From Octopus sinensis (taxonomy: Eukaryota): a stretch of 64,000 nt of DNA. Shown in pieces: positions 14,731 through 27,560 of this stretch; positions within the stretch are counted from its first letter, which is position 1, and every line of letters starts with the position of its first letter. The notes beneath the pieces were generated by a model, which did not search any database, was not told the DNA's origin, and saw only the letters and a list, made by a program, of their open reading frames with translations. The stretch is taken from NCBI RefSeq assembly GCF_006345805.1, contig NC_043002.1, positions 76,384,001 through 76,448,000 on the forward strand. The letters run 5' to 3'. The translations under genes and the position numbers were made by a program.

Positions 14731-15059
14731 TACTTTATTTAAAAAAATTTGCCATAAAGGCATTATGCAGAGTAGCTTGCGGGCTGGACAAAGACATTGA
14801 TGAGTTGAATGATGATAAGGATGATATTAATGGGAGAAGACAAAAAACGCCCGCCGATCCTTTGCTTCTTTAAAACATTATTCTCTTCTTTTTTTTTTCA
14901 CAGAAAAAGACAAAACGAGGTATTGAACCTCGTACTTCAGTTTCACAATTTTTGGACTAATAGTCCATTTAAGAATTGGAGCGTTAAGCCTCTTAAACAC
15001 AATAACATGCAATAAGCACAATAAACATTACAACACTGAGGCTTTACAACCTCTTGTCA

Positions 15060-15540
15060 CTATTCCTGCCCGACATCGCTTGTGCCCGTATACTCCGCCA
15101 TTACCCACGCCTCATTCAAGACCAAGGCGGTATCCGAGCGGGCGTCGCCCGGCCACAAGCGATTATTCCTCATTGAGTCCCTGTAGCCTACACCCCACCG
15201 ACACTGTTATGACCTCCACAGCTATCTGTGGAGGCCATTCGGGATCCTGTGTGAAGGTTGAAGGTACTCCATTATGGTGCTCTAACACCACCGCTTCTAC
15301 CTCTCTGCCTCTTCGAGGTAGTCAGTTCTACCGTTGGCGGCAAAATTCCCCCTAACGATGTCTCTTCCCCAGCCGGTGGCACACCCCCTACTGGCAAGGT
15401 TCCGGGACGTACCGGTGCTATGTCACCGATTGCCGGCAATGTCCCGTTTCTCTTCCTCTTCCTCTCTTTCCCCCCTCAACTGAAGGAGGGTGCGTCCTCT
15501 CCGTGACTGGGAGCTTCACCTCCCCTCATACCACACGCCT
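15060..15540 (-). mobile_element. GC-rich LINE-derived fragment (possible L1/Tx1 ORF1 remnant)
   Basis: GC-rich island; one frame reads LVAGRRPLGYR, like the pre-zinc-knuckle VEGRRPxCYxC of L1/Tx1 ORF1. Weak. Confidence 0.3.
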
Positions 15541-15734
15541 GTGCCTATGATATTTGAATTCCTTGGACCATGCTTCGTACAAACAAGAGATATGATCTTG
15601 GAAAATTTTAAACTTTTCATTACAAACTCGGACATATATAGTATGTCGAAAAAAAAATTAAGGATAATTTTTTTCAGTATTTTTGTAATTATTTCAGTTT
15701 CTTGTTGTTTGACTGGTAGTATTTCGTCAGATGT

Positions 15735-15895
15735 GAATGCGCGTGGCTTAGTGGTTTGGGCATTCGGTTCACGATCATAAGATTGTGCGTTCGACACTTG
15801 GCGGCGCGTTGTGTACTTCAGCAAGACACTTGCATGTCTGAGTTCGATTCCCGGCGGCGCGATGTGCTATTGAGCATAAACTTTATTTCACGTCG

Positions 15896-15966
<71 letters not shown>

Positions 15967-16150
15967 TTGTGCGTCTGTGTTTGTCCCCCCACCATCGTTT
16001 GACAACCGATGTTGACATGTTTATGTCCTCGTAATGTAGGGTTTCGGCAAAAAAGACCGATAGAATAAGTACTAGGTTTACAAAGAATAAGTCCTGGGGT
16101 TGATTTGTTCGACTAAAGGCGGTGTTCCAGCATGGCCGCAATCAAATGTT
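15735..16150 (+). mobile_element. Chimeric SINE (family-C-like head plus family-A tail with (TG)n)
   Basis: Head gcgcgtggcttagtgg..gagttcgattccc joined to tail ..ccgatagaataagtactagg..ccagcatggccgca. Confidence 0.8.
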
Positions 16151-16589
16151 TGAAATAAAAGAAATAAAAGCAAAAATAATTTCGTTACGTGTGGCCTTAA
16201 ATCGTGCTCTATGATCTTAAGAAAACGAAGAAATATCGAATGATATTGTGACTGCACTATGCCTGAAATGAAGTTGGAAGGGTCATAGTTGGAATGTCTT
16301 TCATTATATGCACCTTGTCATAGCCAACGTGGGGCTTAACAGCAACATCAACAACAGTGAATATGTTACTCGCTAGTTTAAAGACGGACTTTTATTTATT
16401 CACAATGCAAACTCTGTTTTTGTGTAAAAAGCAGATACGACGCTAAAAGACAATAATTTTACGTCTGGCTGGAATCTCGCCGGCAGTAAAACATTATTAG
16501 AGACTACTGTTTTTGTTTCGACCAGACGGTCCACAAGCGCAACTCAGTCACAGATGCCGATTATTTTTAGATAAAGCTACGGCTTTGAA

Positions 16590-16684
16590 TCTGTCCAGTG
16601 TTATCTCTCTTTGTTATTTCCCATTGAGGAAGGCTTAGAGTCAGAAACGCGTCTGGAAATTCGCTAGAGGAAGCACTGGACAGA
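16590..16684 (+). ncRNA. Degenerate type-I hammerhead motif in a hairpin
   Basis: atttccca TTGAGGA a ggc-ttaga-gtc a GAA ACGCGT C tggaaat, with outer stem tctgtccagtg/cactggacaga. Confidence 0.5.
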
Positions 16685-17372
16685 TAGTGTGTTTTTATAC
16701 TTTTTATCATAAGCGACAATTTTTTTTTCCCACGGTAATTGGAGTGATTTACATTTAGAAGTTAAAATATGTCGCAAACATATTTTAACTAACCTAAAGT
16801 TCGTATATTCTGCAACATTGTTTGACGCCGAAGGTACTGTTTTTAATGCTATCCTAACCAGAATTCGGTCTTGAAGCCAAACCTAACGAAGTATCCACAC
16901 TTCACGAAGTATCCTCAGTGAAATTGTTCAATCTGGGAGAAACAGCTCGCGAATCTCTTTTCTGTTTATACGCTACAGTCTTCAAAACTTCGAACGATAC
17001 AATCTCTGATATACAGCAATAAGAATAAAAGAATGAATGAATGACTGAATGACTGAATGAATGAATGAATGAATGAATGGATGGGCAAATAAATAAACAG
17101 AAACAACAACTGAAGATTGGATGGAAACGTCCAATGAGCACGTGCGGAATATCAGTCATAATATTTATACAGTATTATATTCAAATTTATATTTGTATTA
17201 ATATTTCTATTATATTACATTACATTGTATTGTATCATATTGTATAATATGATATAATATATCATATTATGCTATGCTATGTTATATTATGTTATATATC
17301 CTTTGGCTCGTCTAACGAAGAATACAACCTCCTTCATCTGAATTTTGGTGAGACAATGTTATTGCACTTAAA

Positions 17373-17766
17373 GGCGGCGAGCTGGCAGAAACGTTAGCAC
17401 GCCGGGCGAAATGCGTAGCCGTATTTCGTCTGCCGCTACGTTTTGAGTTCAAATTCCGCCGAGGTCGACTATGCCTTTCATCCTTTCGGAGTCGATAAAT
17501 TAATTACCAGTTACGCACTGGGGTCGATGTAATCGACTTTATCCGTTTGTCTGTCCTTGTTTGTCCTCTCTGTGTCCTCTCTGTGTTTAGCCCCTTGTGG
17601 GTAGTAAAGAAATAGTTATTTCGTCTGTCTTTACCCTCTGAGGTTGATTTAGCCTTTCATCCTTTTGGGGGTCGATAAATTAAGCACCAGTTACGTACTG
17701 GGGTCGATGTAATCGATTGCACCCCACTCCTCAAAAATTTCGGGCCTTGTGCCGAGAGTAGAAAAG
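17373..17766 (+). mobile_element. SINE family B composite with 18-bp TSD
   Basis: aatgttattgcacttaaa at 17355-72 and 17767-84 flanks one and a half units. Confidence 0.93.
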
Positions 17767-17969
17767 AATGTTATTGCACTTAAACACACACACGCACACA
17801 CACACACAAGCGCACACACATGCACACGCGTGCACACACACACACACATACACACACACATACACAAAGTATATGAATGCATGATTGGATGTGTATGTGC
17901 TAGTGTCTGTGCGTGTAAAAAAAAAACCTTCATTACTTCTTAGCTAGAGAAAGAGATACAGATAGTTAG

Positions 17970-18006
<37 letters not shown>

Positions 18007-18535
18007 TGGAGGGAGATGAGGGGGAAGGAGAGAGGGAGAGAGGGAGGGAGAGAGAAAGAGGTTAACAGAAATATTCTCTGCAAGTAGCTGAACGAACACT
18101 TGTAGATTAAACACGTTGTATTATTGAGTGCTTAATAAAATTCAATCTCTCAATTCTCCTTCCCTTTCAAACGTTCATCTCTATCCGTACATATATATAT
18201 ATATATATATGCACGATATATATATATAATATATATATATACATACGATTCTCTTTCTCTTCCCCATTCCCTTTTGCCCCCTGTATATGTGTGTGTGAGT
18301 GTGTGCGTGTGTGTGTATTTACATATTATGTATGCATATTTGTGTTTGTGTGTATGTGTAAACATGCGGTCTGTGAGAAGGAAATCACACCTGTATGTAA
18401 AAGTCAGGTACTCGTATTATGTACTGCACATTATTACATAGGTGCATATACGCAATGTGCACATATGCAAATACGAACGTACATACGCATTCTTGCATAC
18501 ATACATGATAAAACCTATATTTGCATACATGTTAT

Positions 18536-18570
<35 letters not shown>

Positions 18571-18897
18571 TACATGCATATACAATCGCATTCACTCCCT
18601 CTCTCTCTCTCTCGCTTCCTCTCTCTTTCTCACTTCCCCTATCTTTCACGCACATATATATGTACATTCATATATACGCATAGGATGGGTGAGCTTTACA
18701 TGTATGTATGTATGTATGTATGTATGTATGTATGTATGTATGTATGTATGTATGTATCTTAGCGCATGCACGCACGCACACATATATATATATTCTTGCA
18801 TTTGTATGTATATGCATGTGTAAATATATACTTTTTCATTCACACCTTCATAGACAATGTATATATTGATATATATACACAAATATCAGTATAATAC

Positions 18898-18978
<81 letters not shown>

Positions 18979-19011
18979 ATGAGAGAGAAAAAGGCATACA
19001 CACACACACAC

Positions 19012-19085
<74 letters not shown>

Positions 19086-19089
19086 AAAG

Positions 19090-19344
19090 ACGATATTGTA
19101 GATGGATGGATGCTATATCCGGTGACCGGACAAATCTGCTCAGGCGTATATCACACGATGCATTTTATCCTCGCTCTATCACTAGTTTTCTTAGGCAGTT
19201 TGCAAGGCAAATTTTACATACAGCACTTCCTGTCACTGGATATCACTCTACCAAGTATCCAAACCATTATTTCTTCTTCGAATTCAATTACAGCACTCTT
19301 GCTGGTTTTAATAAAACAATCCATTTTCTTGTCAACGAAAATGT
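19090..19344 (+). CDS. Candidate 255-nt symmetric exon, product unknown
   Basis: (CT)n-caaag acceptor, GTGAGA donor at 19345, two plus-strand frames open. Confidence 0.3.
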
Positions 19345-19446
19345 GTGAGATTTCCTTTTCTGTTTTGTGTATTTGTCTAGCTGTGTGTTTGAGTTTGTGC
19401 TTGTGTTTAATATGCACATGTACGTTATGTATGCATGCATATTTTG

Positions 19447-19485
<39 letters not shown>

Positions 19486-19529
19486 AATGTAGATATGTAT
19501 GTATGTATGTATGTATGTACATACATATG

Positions 19530-19602
<73 letters not shown>

Positions 19603-19608
19603 ATATAT

Positions 19609-19662
<54 letters not shown>

Positions 19663-20382
19663 TATACATACTTTTGATTATATATGCATATATATATGTA
19701 TAAGCATATAATGGAGAAAGAGAAAAACAGAAGTGTGTGATTGCATAAATATACCTACGCACAAACACATACAGAAACACAGAAACACACACACACACAT
19801 ACACACACATATACACTCGTACATGCACGGACACAAACACACACACACACACATAGATTGTGCGTACGAAAGAAGAGAAGAAAAAATAGAGTGGAGTGGG
19901 AAAATGAAAGGGAAATGAGATAGATAGATATATATATACAGAGAGAGAGAGAGAGAGAGAGAAGGGGAGAAAGAGAAGGGAGAACATGAGAGAGAGAGAC
20001 ATAGAGAGAGAGGAAGAGTGGGCGAAGGAGAAAGAGAAAGAGGGAGAGGGAAAAACAAATATATAAAAAAGTATTTCTTATTATCAAGATGTCTTGGAGG
20101 CATTATTCACAAAAGTTCTTGGTGTTTTTGAAGCGGTTATTAAGTGAGATAGCCTTGAATGTCGTCTGTGACAAGGAAATATCGTAATAATACTATTGGA
20201 ATATTCATAAAAGATTTTAACAACTCGAAAGTGTCGCTCTTTGAATAGTTTTCAAATTGATAGTAGTTACAAATGTCTTATAATTGCGTTATTTTTGCTG
20301 AAATGATAGCAGCTCAATTATATACATATATACAGTTCTTTTACTTCTCACGGCACACAAACATACACACATACACACACAC

Positions 20383-20420
<38 letters not shown>

Positions 20421-20759
20421 CTATACCCATGCGAGTAAGAGTAAACAAGTAGGCAGAGAAGCACATGATGCGTACAAGGCGGGCACCACGGCAAATACAC
20501 ACGCTTGTGTATGACGTGACCTCGCACCTGTGTCGGCGAACGAGGGTTTCGATTGCGCGCGGAAATGGAACTGCTTGTTTGTTATACACGGCAAGGAAAA
20601 CAGCTGAGTGCTCCACAGACACCTGCATCTTCAGTGTTACACTGAAAAGGACTCAGGGTGACGCAGTCTGTAATAAAGCAATAAAAAAGATAAGTCCTAC
20701 GACACGAGTATTTAAGTGATCGTGATCGAAGCATTTCCCTTGAACGGTAAAGTGGAGGA

Positions 20760-20975
20760 GGCGCGTGGCTTAATGGTTAAGGCGTTGGACTCATGATCGT
20801 AAGATTGTTGTTTCGATTCTTGGATCGGGCGACGCGTTGTGTTCTTGAGCAAAACACTTCATTTCACTTTGTTCCAGTCCACTCAACTGGCAAAAATGAG
20901 TAATCCTGCGACGAACCCCATGAAAACCGGGAACCAGCCCTTATAATGAGTCGGCATGACTCGAAAAAGTAACCA
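20760..20975 (+). mobile_element. SINE family C
   Basis: ggcgcgtggcttaatggttaagg..gttgtgttcttgagcaaaacac..ccagtccactcaactggc. Confidence 0.8.
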
Positions 20976-21435
20976 TACTTTTTTTTACATTGAACGGTAC
21001 GCTACTTCGTCGCAGGTTTACTTATTCACAGCTGAATGAATAGGAGCACATTGAAACGAAGTATTTTGCTCAAGAATACCATGTATTGCGCGGTCCGGAA
21101 ATTGAAACTGTGCTCTGGCGACCATGAGTGCGACACGCTAACCACTGGGCCACGTACCTTCACATAATAAAGCCCGACCTTCCAAATTACAAGTAAAGCC
21201 CATCCAACGGGCTTCCACGCGGTTTCCGCCTATCCATTTTCTCACGCAAGGCTTAGGTTAACTCGGGGCGACGCTAAAGGCACATATCCCGGGTTTTAGG
21301 CAATTAAATCGAATCCAAAACCTAACCGTTGGCACACGGAGTCATCCATGTGCCAATGTCTATTCTGGTGTGTTGGAATCAAAACGGCCAATCAAAGAAA
21401 GAACTCGAAAAAAATTACTTGATGTTCTTTCCAAG

Positions 21436-21697
21436 AATATGGCACAACTAATTCTAAAGAACCAGTCTTCGGTAGTAATATATCTATCTCAAATTTCTGA
21501 TATGTGTGCTAGTGTGTGTGTGTAAAGATGTTATATTTATTTTATTTTAGATAACTGGAATATTAAATCCATGTCTGGTTTCACGCAGAATACTGAATGG
21601 ATGCTAGCAACTGTCAATGGATACGAATCAGAAACTAATATAATTAAAGAGAGACATGCATCTCGCCCCAACACACGAATTATGATATGCTCGTTCT
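21436..21697 (+). CDS. Candidate exon pair 21436-21471 + 21551-21697 (..[60 protein letters not shown])
   Basis: Both are phase 1-1, in frame across a 79-nt GT..AG intron with a strong tract (ttatatttattttattttag). No family recognised. Confidence 0.35.
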
Positions 21698-21712
21698 GTG
21701 AATATGTCTATA

Positions 21713-21748
<36 letters not shown>

Positions 21749-21780
21749 TGTATGTATGTATGTATGTATATACATATACA

Positions 21781-21822
<42 letters not shown>

Positions 21823-21846
21823 TATATCTATATATATATATATATA

Positions 21847-21906
<60 letters not shown>

Positions 21907-22017
21907 TATATATATATATATTATATATATATTAGATATATATATATATATATAATATATATATATATGTATATGTATGTATGTATGTATATAAATATAT
22001 ATATAATATATAATATA

Positions 22018-22066
<49 letters not shown>

Positions 22067-23001
22067 GTTCAGCTTTTCTCAAAACCCGATTATTCCCTAA
22101 AATTTAAACAAAACAAAACAACGACAAAAAAAAACAACTTAACAACAACTGCAATAAAAAAAATAAAACAGCTGTGTAAGGTAAGCTTCAATGCTTTGTT
22201 GATGCCTTTGAGGTAAAAGGTTAAATTAAAATACCTCATCAGAAAATCTAGTGAGATCGACTTGGAGATAACAGCGGGAATAATTGGAAAATACAAGCAG
22301 TCTTATATTCCCCTGGAGGGTTCTGTTTGTTTTACTACGTATTACCATCGTTGTTGTTGTTGCTTTTGTTATAGTCGATATTGCTGTGGTTGCTGATATT
22401 ACTGTTGTAGCCATAGCTGATGTTATTAATTCGATGTTGATGTTGTTTTAGCTAATTTCAGCGCCATTTCTCAGCGCTGTTATTTATTTATTTATTTATT
22501 TATGTATTTGTACAAGGTAGGATTTGAGCTTAGCACTGCAAGCCAGCAAGAATATTCGTCGCTTAACACAGATTCTGAGTCACCAAGAGTTATCTAATTT
22601 TGAAACAGTGTTGGGGATGCGACGACGAGGAAGCAAAGGTTTGTTAAGTGTCGATCAGTTTCGAACCTTGCACTCACGCACAAAAAACAACAACAACAGC
22701 AACAACAACAGCAAACAAACAAAAAAATTACTACAACCGCTATCCCACCGATGCTGTGTATGATCTCTGTGCTTCTGCGACTACTCAACGATTCCTGTAT
22801 TGCGATGCCATTAATCACCATCAAGAGAAGAATTTGCAATATCTTTAAGGAGCTTCTGTAGTTTCCGCGTGGGGCAAAACATTTTATTTCACCAATAACC
22901 ACGAAATAATTAAAATTATATACCCCACTCACAAAGGGTCTACAATATTCAGTGTTTCAAGTAAAACATTAGAGAGGATTACAAAATGAACAAATCATAT
23001 C

Positions 23002-23212
23002 GACTTCAAATTTTGGTACAAGGCCAGCAATTTCGGGGGTGGAGGCAAGTCGATTACGTCGGTCCCAGTGCTCAACTGGTACTTATTTTATCGACTCCGA
23101 AAGGATGAAAGGCAAAGTCGACCTCGGTGGAATTTGAACTCAGGACGTAAATTCGGGTGAAATGCCGCTAAGTATTTTGCCCGGTGTATTAACAGTTCTG
23201 CCAGCTCATCAA
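23002..23212 (-). mobile_element. SINE family B with 18-bp TSD
   Basis: aaatgaacaaatcatatc at 22984-23001 and 23391-23408. Confidence 0.88.
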
Positions 23213-23219
23213 CTTAAAT

Positions 23220-23386
23220 CAGTGGTTCCCAAACTTTTTCACTACCAAGGACCCCTTTTATTTAAATGAGTTTTCCCACGGACCCCAGGATATTGAAAGG
23301 TCTGTCAGCTTAACATATTCACGGATCCCCCAGTAATACTTTTGCGGACCTATAGTGGTCCGCGGACCACAGGTTGGAAACCACTG
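23220..23386. mobile_element. hAT-type MITE
   Basis: TIRs cagtggttcccaa/ttggaaaccactg; 8-bp flanks acttaaat/ttttaaat. Confidence 0.85.
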
Positions 23387-23479
23387 TTTTAAATGAACAA
23401 ATCATATCAATAACAAAGACTCAGGGTTACTTTGATTCTTCTAGATATAACTCCTTCTTTTACCGATTATCTATATCCT

Positions 23480-23975
23480 TCAACAAATTTTCAATCCATA
23501 TCCCTTACGGTATCGAGGACACGTGTCTCACTTCGCTTCATTCTCAAAGCCATTGTCTTCGATGGCGACAATGCTTACAACTTTCTGTTTTCTTTTTTTC
23601 CTCTCATACTTCGAATCTTTCACAATTCCCTATTTTCTACGTCAGTTAAATCATCACCACCCCACACGAATCCCTGACAAGACACACAGATGTTTCAAAC
23701 ATCCTTGATCTATTTCTCTCCTCTAAACCCAACCGCTGCCAAACTCTTCCTCCTCTCATCTCCTCTTCATCCTTCCTTCTTTCCTTCCTTCCTTCCTTCC
23801 TTCCTTCCTTCCTTCCTTCCTTCCTTCCTTCCTTCCTTCCTTCCTTCCTTCCTTCCTCCCTCCCTTCCTTCCTTCCTTCTCATCTCTTGACCGTGTTGCA
23901 CTCATTGATGACATCGTAACCAGTCTTCGCCACTTCTCTCGGTCTTCTACCGCCTTCTGTGAAATTCAGGCCTGT
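23480..23975 (+). mobile_element. Decayed CR1/Jockey-like LINE endonuclease fragment, interrupted by (TTCC)n
   Basis: ..RQLNHHHPTRIPDK..(fs)ILDLFLSSKP..LPPLISSS resembles the APE C-terminal QLV..PTR..LDLFLT..SSDH motif. Confidence 0.55.
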
Positions 23976-24484
23976 TCACTCTTTAATGTTAACCCGGGCG
24001 ACGGCCGATCAGGTATGGGTTCTGGTCTGGTTGTCATCATCCTGAATGTATCATGGTCAAGTTACCTTGGTGGCACCAAGTTACCTTGGTTCCCAACCTT
24101 TTTCACTACCAAGCTGTTAGCCACAACTATATGCCTCTACCTGTGAAACACCTTGTCCCCGAACACTAGACTGGTGACCTAAGCATGTTTCTCCGTTAGA
24201 GAAGCTTTACCCAGAGTTTTTCGCCTTCTGATGCATTGTTAACACAACCACTCACTTAGTTTAACCCCACCCCAGCTGAAAAGGAGTACAAGGAGCCATA
24301 AAGAGAGAGATTAGGAGTTGAGAGAAGACCAGTGATGCCTGTCCACCTGCCCATCCCTGGTAAGGTGCAGCTGCAAGGCACCAAAGAAACTACTCCCATT
24401 CACAGCCCCCAACATGCCATCAAACTCTTACCGTTTCTTTATTAGCTTGACTGGTTGACCAAGAAATTCAAAATGAAACCAAAA

Positions 24485-25230
24485 TGTGTTTCTAGAATAT
24501 ATAATGGCGGAAAACTTTGAAGCTTGTGAAGGGAAATGTTAAAGTAGAAGTTAGAGGAAGTTAGTAATGTTTATTGAATTAAGAGGATTAAAATGAGAAA
24601 GAACTTAGATATCTTACGAAACATCTTGATCCAACTGCAAGAAGATATGGAATGGAAATAAATGATGTAGAAAAAATGTAAAAACAAAAACGAAATAGTC
24701 AATGTTATTGGAACAACAGGGAAGACATTGAAATAAGTTTGTGAATTTGAATATTGAGAAGGAAAATAATGAAACATGTAAAATCAAAGAAAGACGTAAG
24801 ATGGCGGGTTATCGCTGCTTTAGAAATATTAGACCATGTTTAGGAAAATATAAGCGTTACAATAACAGTAAAAAAAATTGTTTTATGAGAGCAATAGTAA
24901 TTTCAGTTGCACTGTACATATATGGATTATAGATGTTAGATGTAAGCAGTCAGAAAGATATCCTGGCCTTTGGACTAAATGAAATGTTATAAAAATGACG
25001 CTTCGTATTGGATATGCATAACATCGATCTAACGACAGTTAGGTAAGAAATTGTTTGAAAGACTGTAAACTATGAAATTCTTTTGTGAAGTGTCAAAAAA
25101 TAATAATAGATGCGGAAAATACGATACAATGACAGCTTACATCTATTGGCCATGATCGTGTACGGACAGACCCTGGGAAAATGATACTTGAAGTACTTGA
25201 ATAAGAGAATCAGAGGAGAAAGGTGTCAAC
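24485..25230 (+). mobile_element. Decayed RTE-clade LINE reverse-transcriptase fragment
   Basis: VFLEYIMAE.., KELRYLTKHLDPTARRYGMEIN, MRAIVISVALY..LDVSSQKDILAF, GKMILE, with many stops. Confidence 0.75.
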
Positions 25231-25475
25231 TCTCAGTTTTTTCATTCTTGTACACCACACAATACTTTTCGTTATGGTCGCTAGACAAAAGAAAACTACC
25301 TGCCCTTCTGGGCCAAAGGAAGGCGATCTTCCTGACATAGTCAGTTGGTAACCGGATCTGTTCTACTGCAGACATAATCTCACAATACAGTTCTATATTT
25401 AAGAGATGAGAAATTCCGTACATTATTTACATTATTTACATTCGACGGATATTTGTCCTCATCTTGTTTGTTGTT

Positions 25476-25521
25476 AACACAACGTTTCGGCTGATATACC
25501 CTGCAGCCTTCATCAGATGTC
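25476..25521 (-). ncRNA. Minimal type-I hammerhead motif in a Penelope-like repeat
   Basis: gacat CTGATGA a ggctg-10nt-cagcc GAA ACGT T gtgtt on the minus strand. Confidence 0.65.
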
Positions 25522-25588
25522 TTGGGGAAATTTCGAACCTGGGTTCTCATTCCTAAGGCGTTTTTCGATGTTATTATTATTATCATCA

Positions 25589-25640
<52 letters not shown>

Positions 25641-25654
25641 CATTCAGATCACTG

Positions 25655-25715
25655 AATCGAACTCGGAATGTTGGGGTTAGTAGCCCGCGCTCTTAACCAC
25701 TACGCCATATGCTCG
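25655..25715 (-). mobile_element. tRNA-derived SINE head fragment
   Basis: gcatatggcgtagtggttaagagcgcgggc..ccgagttcgattc (A/B boxes); no cloverleaf 3' end. Confidence 0.6.
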
Positions 25716-25779
25716 TGGACAAATATCCGTTAAATGTAAATAATGTATAACTCCGCAAATCACTAATCCCCGGACACTA

Positions 25780-27560
25780 AACAAACACATTGAAAAAAGC
25801 ATCCATTGCTACCCGCGCAACTCAGACTTTTATATCAAGTCTATGAGAGCACCTTCCCTCGATAAGCATTTCTTAACCAGTAAATTGTCCCTTTTCTTAA
25901 ATTAAAACTCATCTTTACTAGGTTACTCATTACCTTTTCGCGTCCCATTTTCTCATCGATAACATCCTCTCGCTTGCCCGCCACAAACTCTCTACAGGAA
26001 GCAACAACTGGTTTGGAATCCAACACTGTCTATATATGTCGACACGGATCTCTTGCATTCTAACTCGAACGGGATGTTCCTTAACATCTCTACCTTTCGC
26101 TGCTGTAGTTAAAATGCCGAAACGTACAAGACACCCATAACAGACCACTTGCATGATCGAAATTGTTTCGATATGGGGACATGTAGTTGGACTACTGTGC
26201 AGTTGTTGTCATAAGTTACAGTGATCTCAAGACAACACCCACACAGGTTAAATTCAGAACAGACACCATGTAGCCTTTGTGGAGTCCATTTTAGATTGAG
26301 CTAAATTGAACAGAAAACCTATCGTTGCCAAGTTTATTATTTACCCTCTCTGCGATGCATCGAATCATATAGAAGTTGCTGAAGGTAGATTTTACGGGAT
26401 TTACACAGGTCTGTGCATTATAGACTTATCGCCACCTCTTTTACTGGAAGCTGCAGCAGATCGTCGAGGCAGCTCATTGTCTATAGTCAACAACGACGTC
26501 ATAACAATTTAGTAAAGTGCCAATAAGAAATCTACAAGTGAAAAGAGCTAATTGAGAATTTATTACCACGTTGCACATCTACCACCTGAGCCTACCGAAC
26601 AGTTTTGGTTCTTCGTATCTGAGAGCAATGTTCCTGTAACATTGTTCCAGTTATGGCTGTTGGTTCTAGCCAAACCTATTTTTATTTACTTCTAAGCAAC
26701 GTTAGACTTTATTAATATGGTCTCTATCTTTGACTCGTCCTGCACAGAAGGTCCTACCAGAAGCTTGCGCTCCGCTCGCTTGCATAGTTTTCGGGTTCAT
26801 TGAGACACACAAATTTCTTTCTGCAAGAAGGACTGGACCTTATGATGGTTCTAACATAAACACAGGGCCAGAAATATGTGGAAAACCGAAACGTCGATTG
26901 AATCAACACCAGCATTTGACTGGTGCTTTCTTTTATCTGCTGGAAGGAAAGGAAAATCTGACCTAAGCAGGATTTTAACTCTGAACGCAAATGGCCTCGG
27001 CGGGATTTTAACTAAGAACCTCAAGGCACTTTATGCGGTTCTCTAACGATTCTGCCAGTCCATAACACCCAAAACGTTGGGGACTGTAAAAAAAAAAACA
27101 GATAAAAAACAACACAAATAAAATGGAAACGGTGAGGGCTTACATCGTGTAAAACGTTGAGATCAACTGGAATAACACACATTAATAGATGATAATAAAT
27201 AACAATATGAACAAAATGGAAGAAAAACCACAAGGGTATTTGGGGCAACCTACAGGCAAACTCGGATGATCTTGACACAAAATGCAAGGGTTTTCTCCCA
27301 GTTTTTACTACAAGTCTAGGGTTGACCATATCGCCATTAGTCGACAGTATTGTAGAGATCGTAACTTAACCATCTCTCTTGTTCCTGGGGTGTTTCCTTA
27401 AGCGAGTGCCTAACAACAAACATGTACACTTACCACATCTCTACTCACGGATACATTACAAAGAAATGACAAAGGAATACGTTCGCAGCATCCATGGAAC
27501 AGCAGGGTATGCCAGATATTGGTTAAAAGCAACCGTACATATCTGTTTTAGGGGCGCCTC
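25780..27560 (-). mobile_element. Highly decayed L1/Tx1 ORF2 (RT region) with inserted SINE-B pieces
   Basis: Collinear remnants LRKHPRNKRD, VIPVDLNVLHDVSPH, NWNNVTG, RRSAAASSKRGG, FVAGKREDVIDEKMG..AYRGKV follow the same order as the LINE family at 2495-3075. Confidence 0.5.

Noticed and set aside
15690-15735. CTGACGA...GAAAC on the minus strand
   Set aside because: No pairable stem II or stem I.
16880-16925. CTGAGGA on the minus strand with duplicated cgaagtatcc
   Set aside because: No GAAA or stem III.
21300-21435. Longer open frame (QLNRIQNLTVG..KKLLDVLSK) as an exon
   Set aside because: Its 5' part overlaps a decayed SINE-A head, and splicing in phase 0 to 21551 gives an early stop.
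22200-22245. CTGATGA ggt..acc on the minus strand
   Set aside because: No GAAA after the putative stem II.
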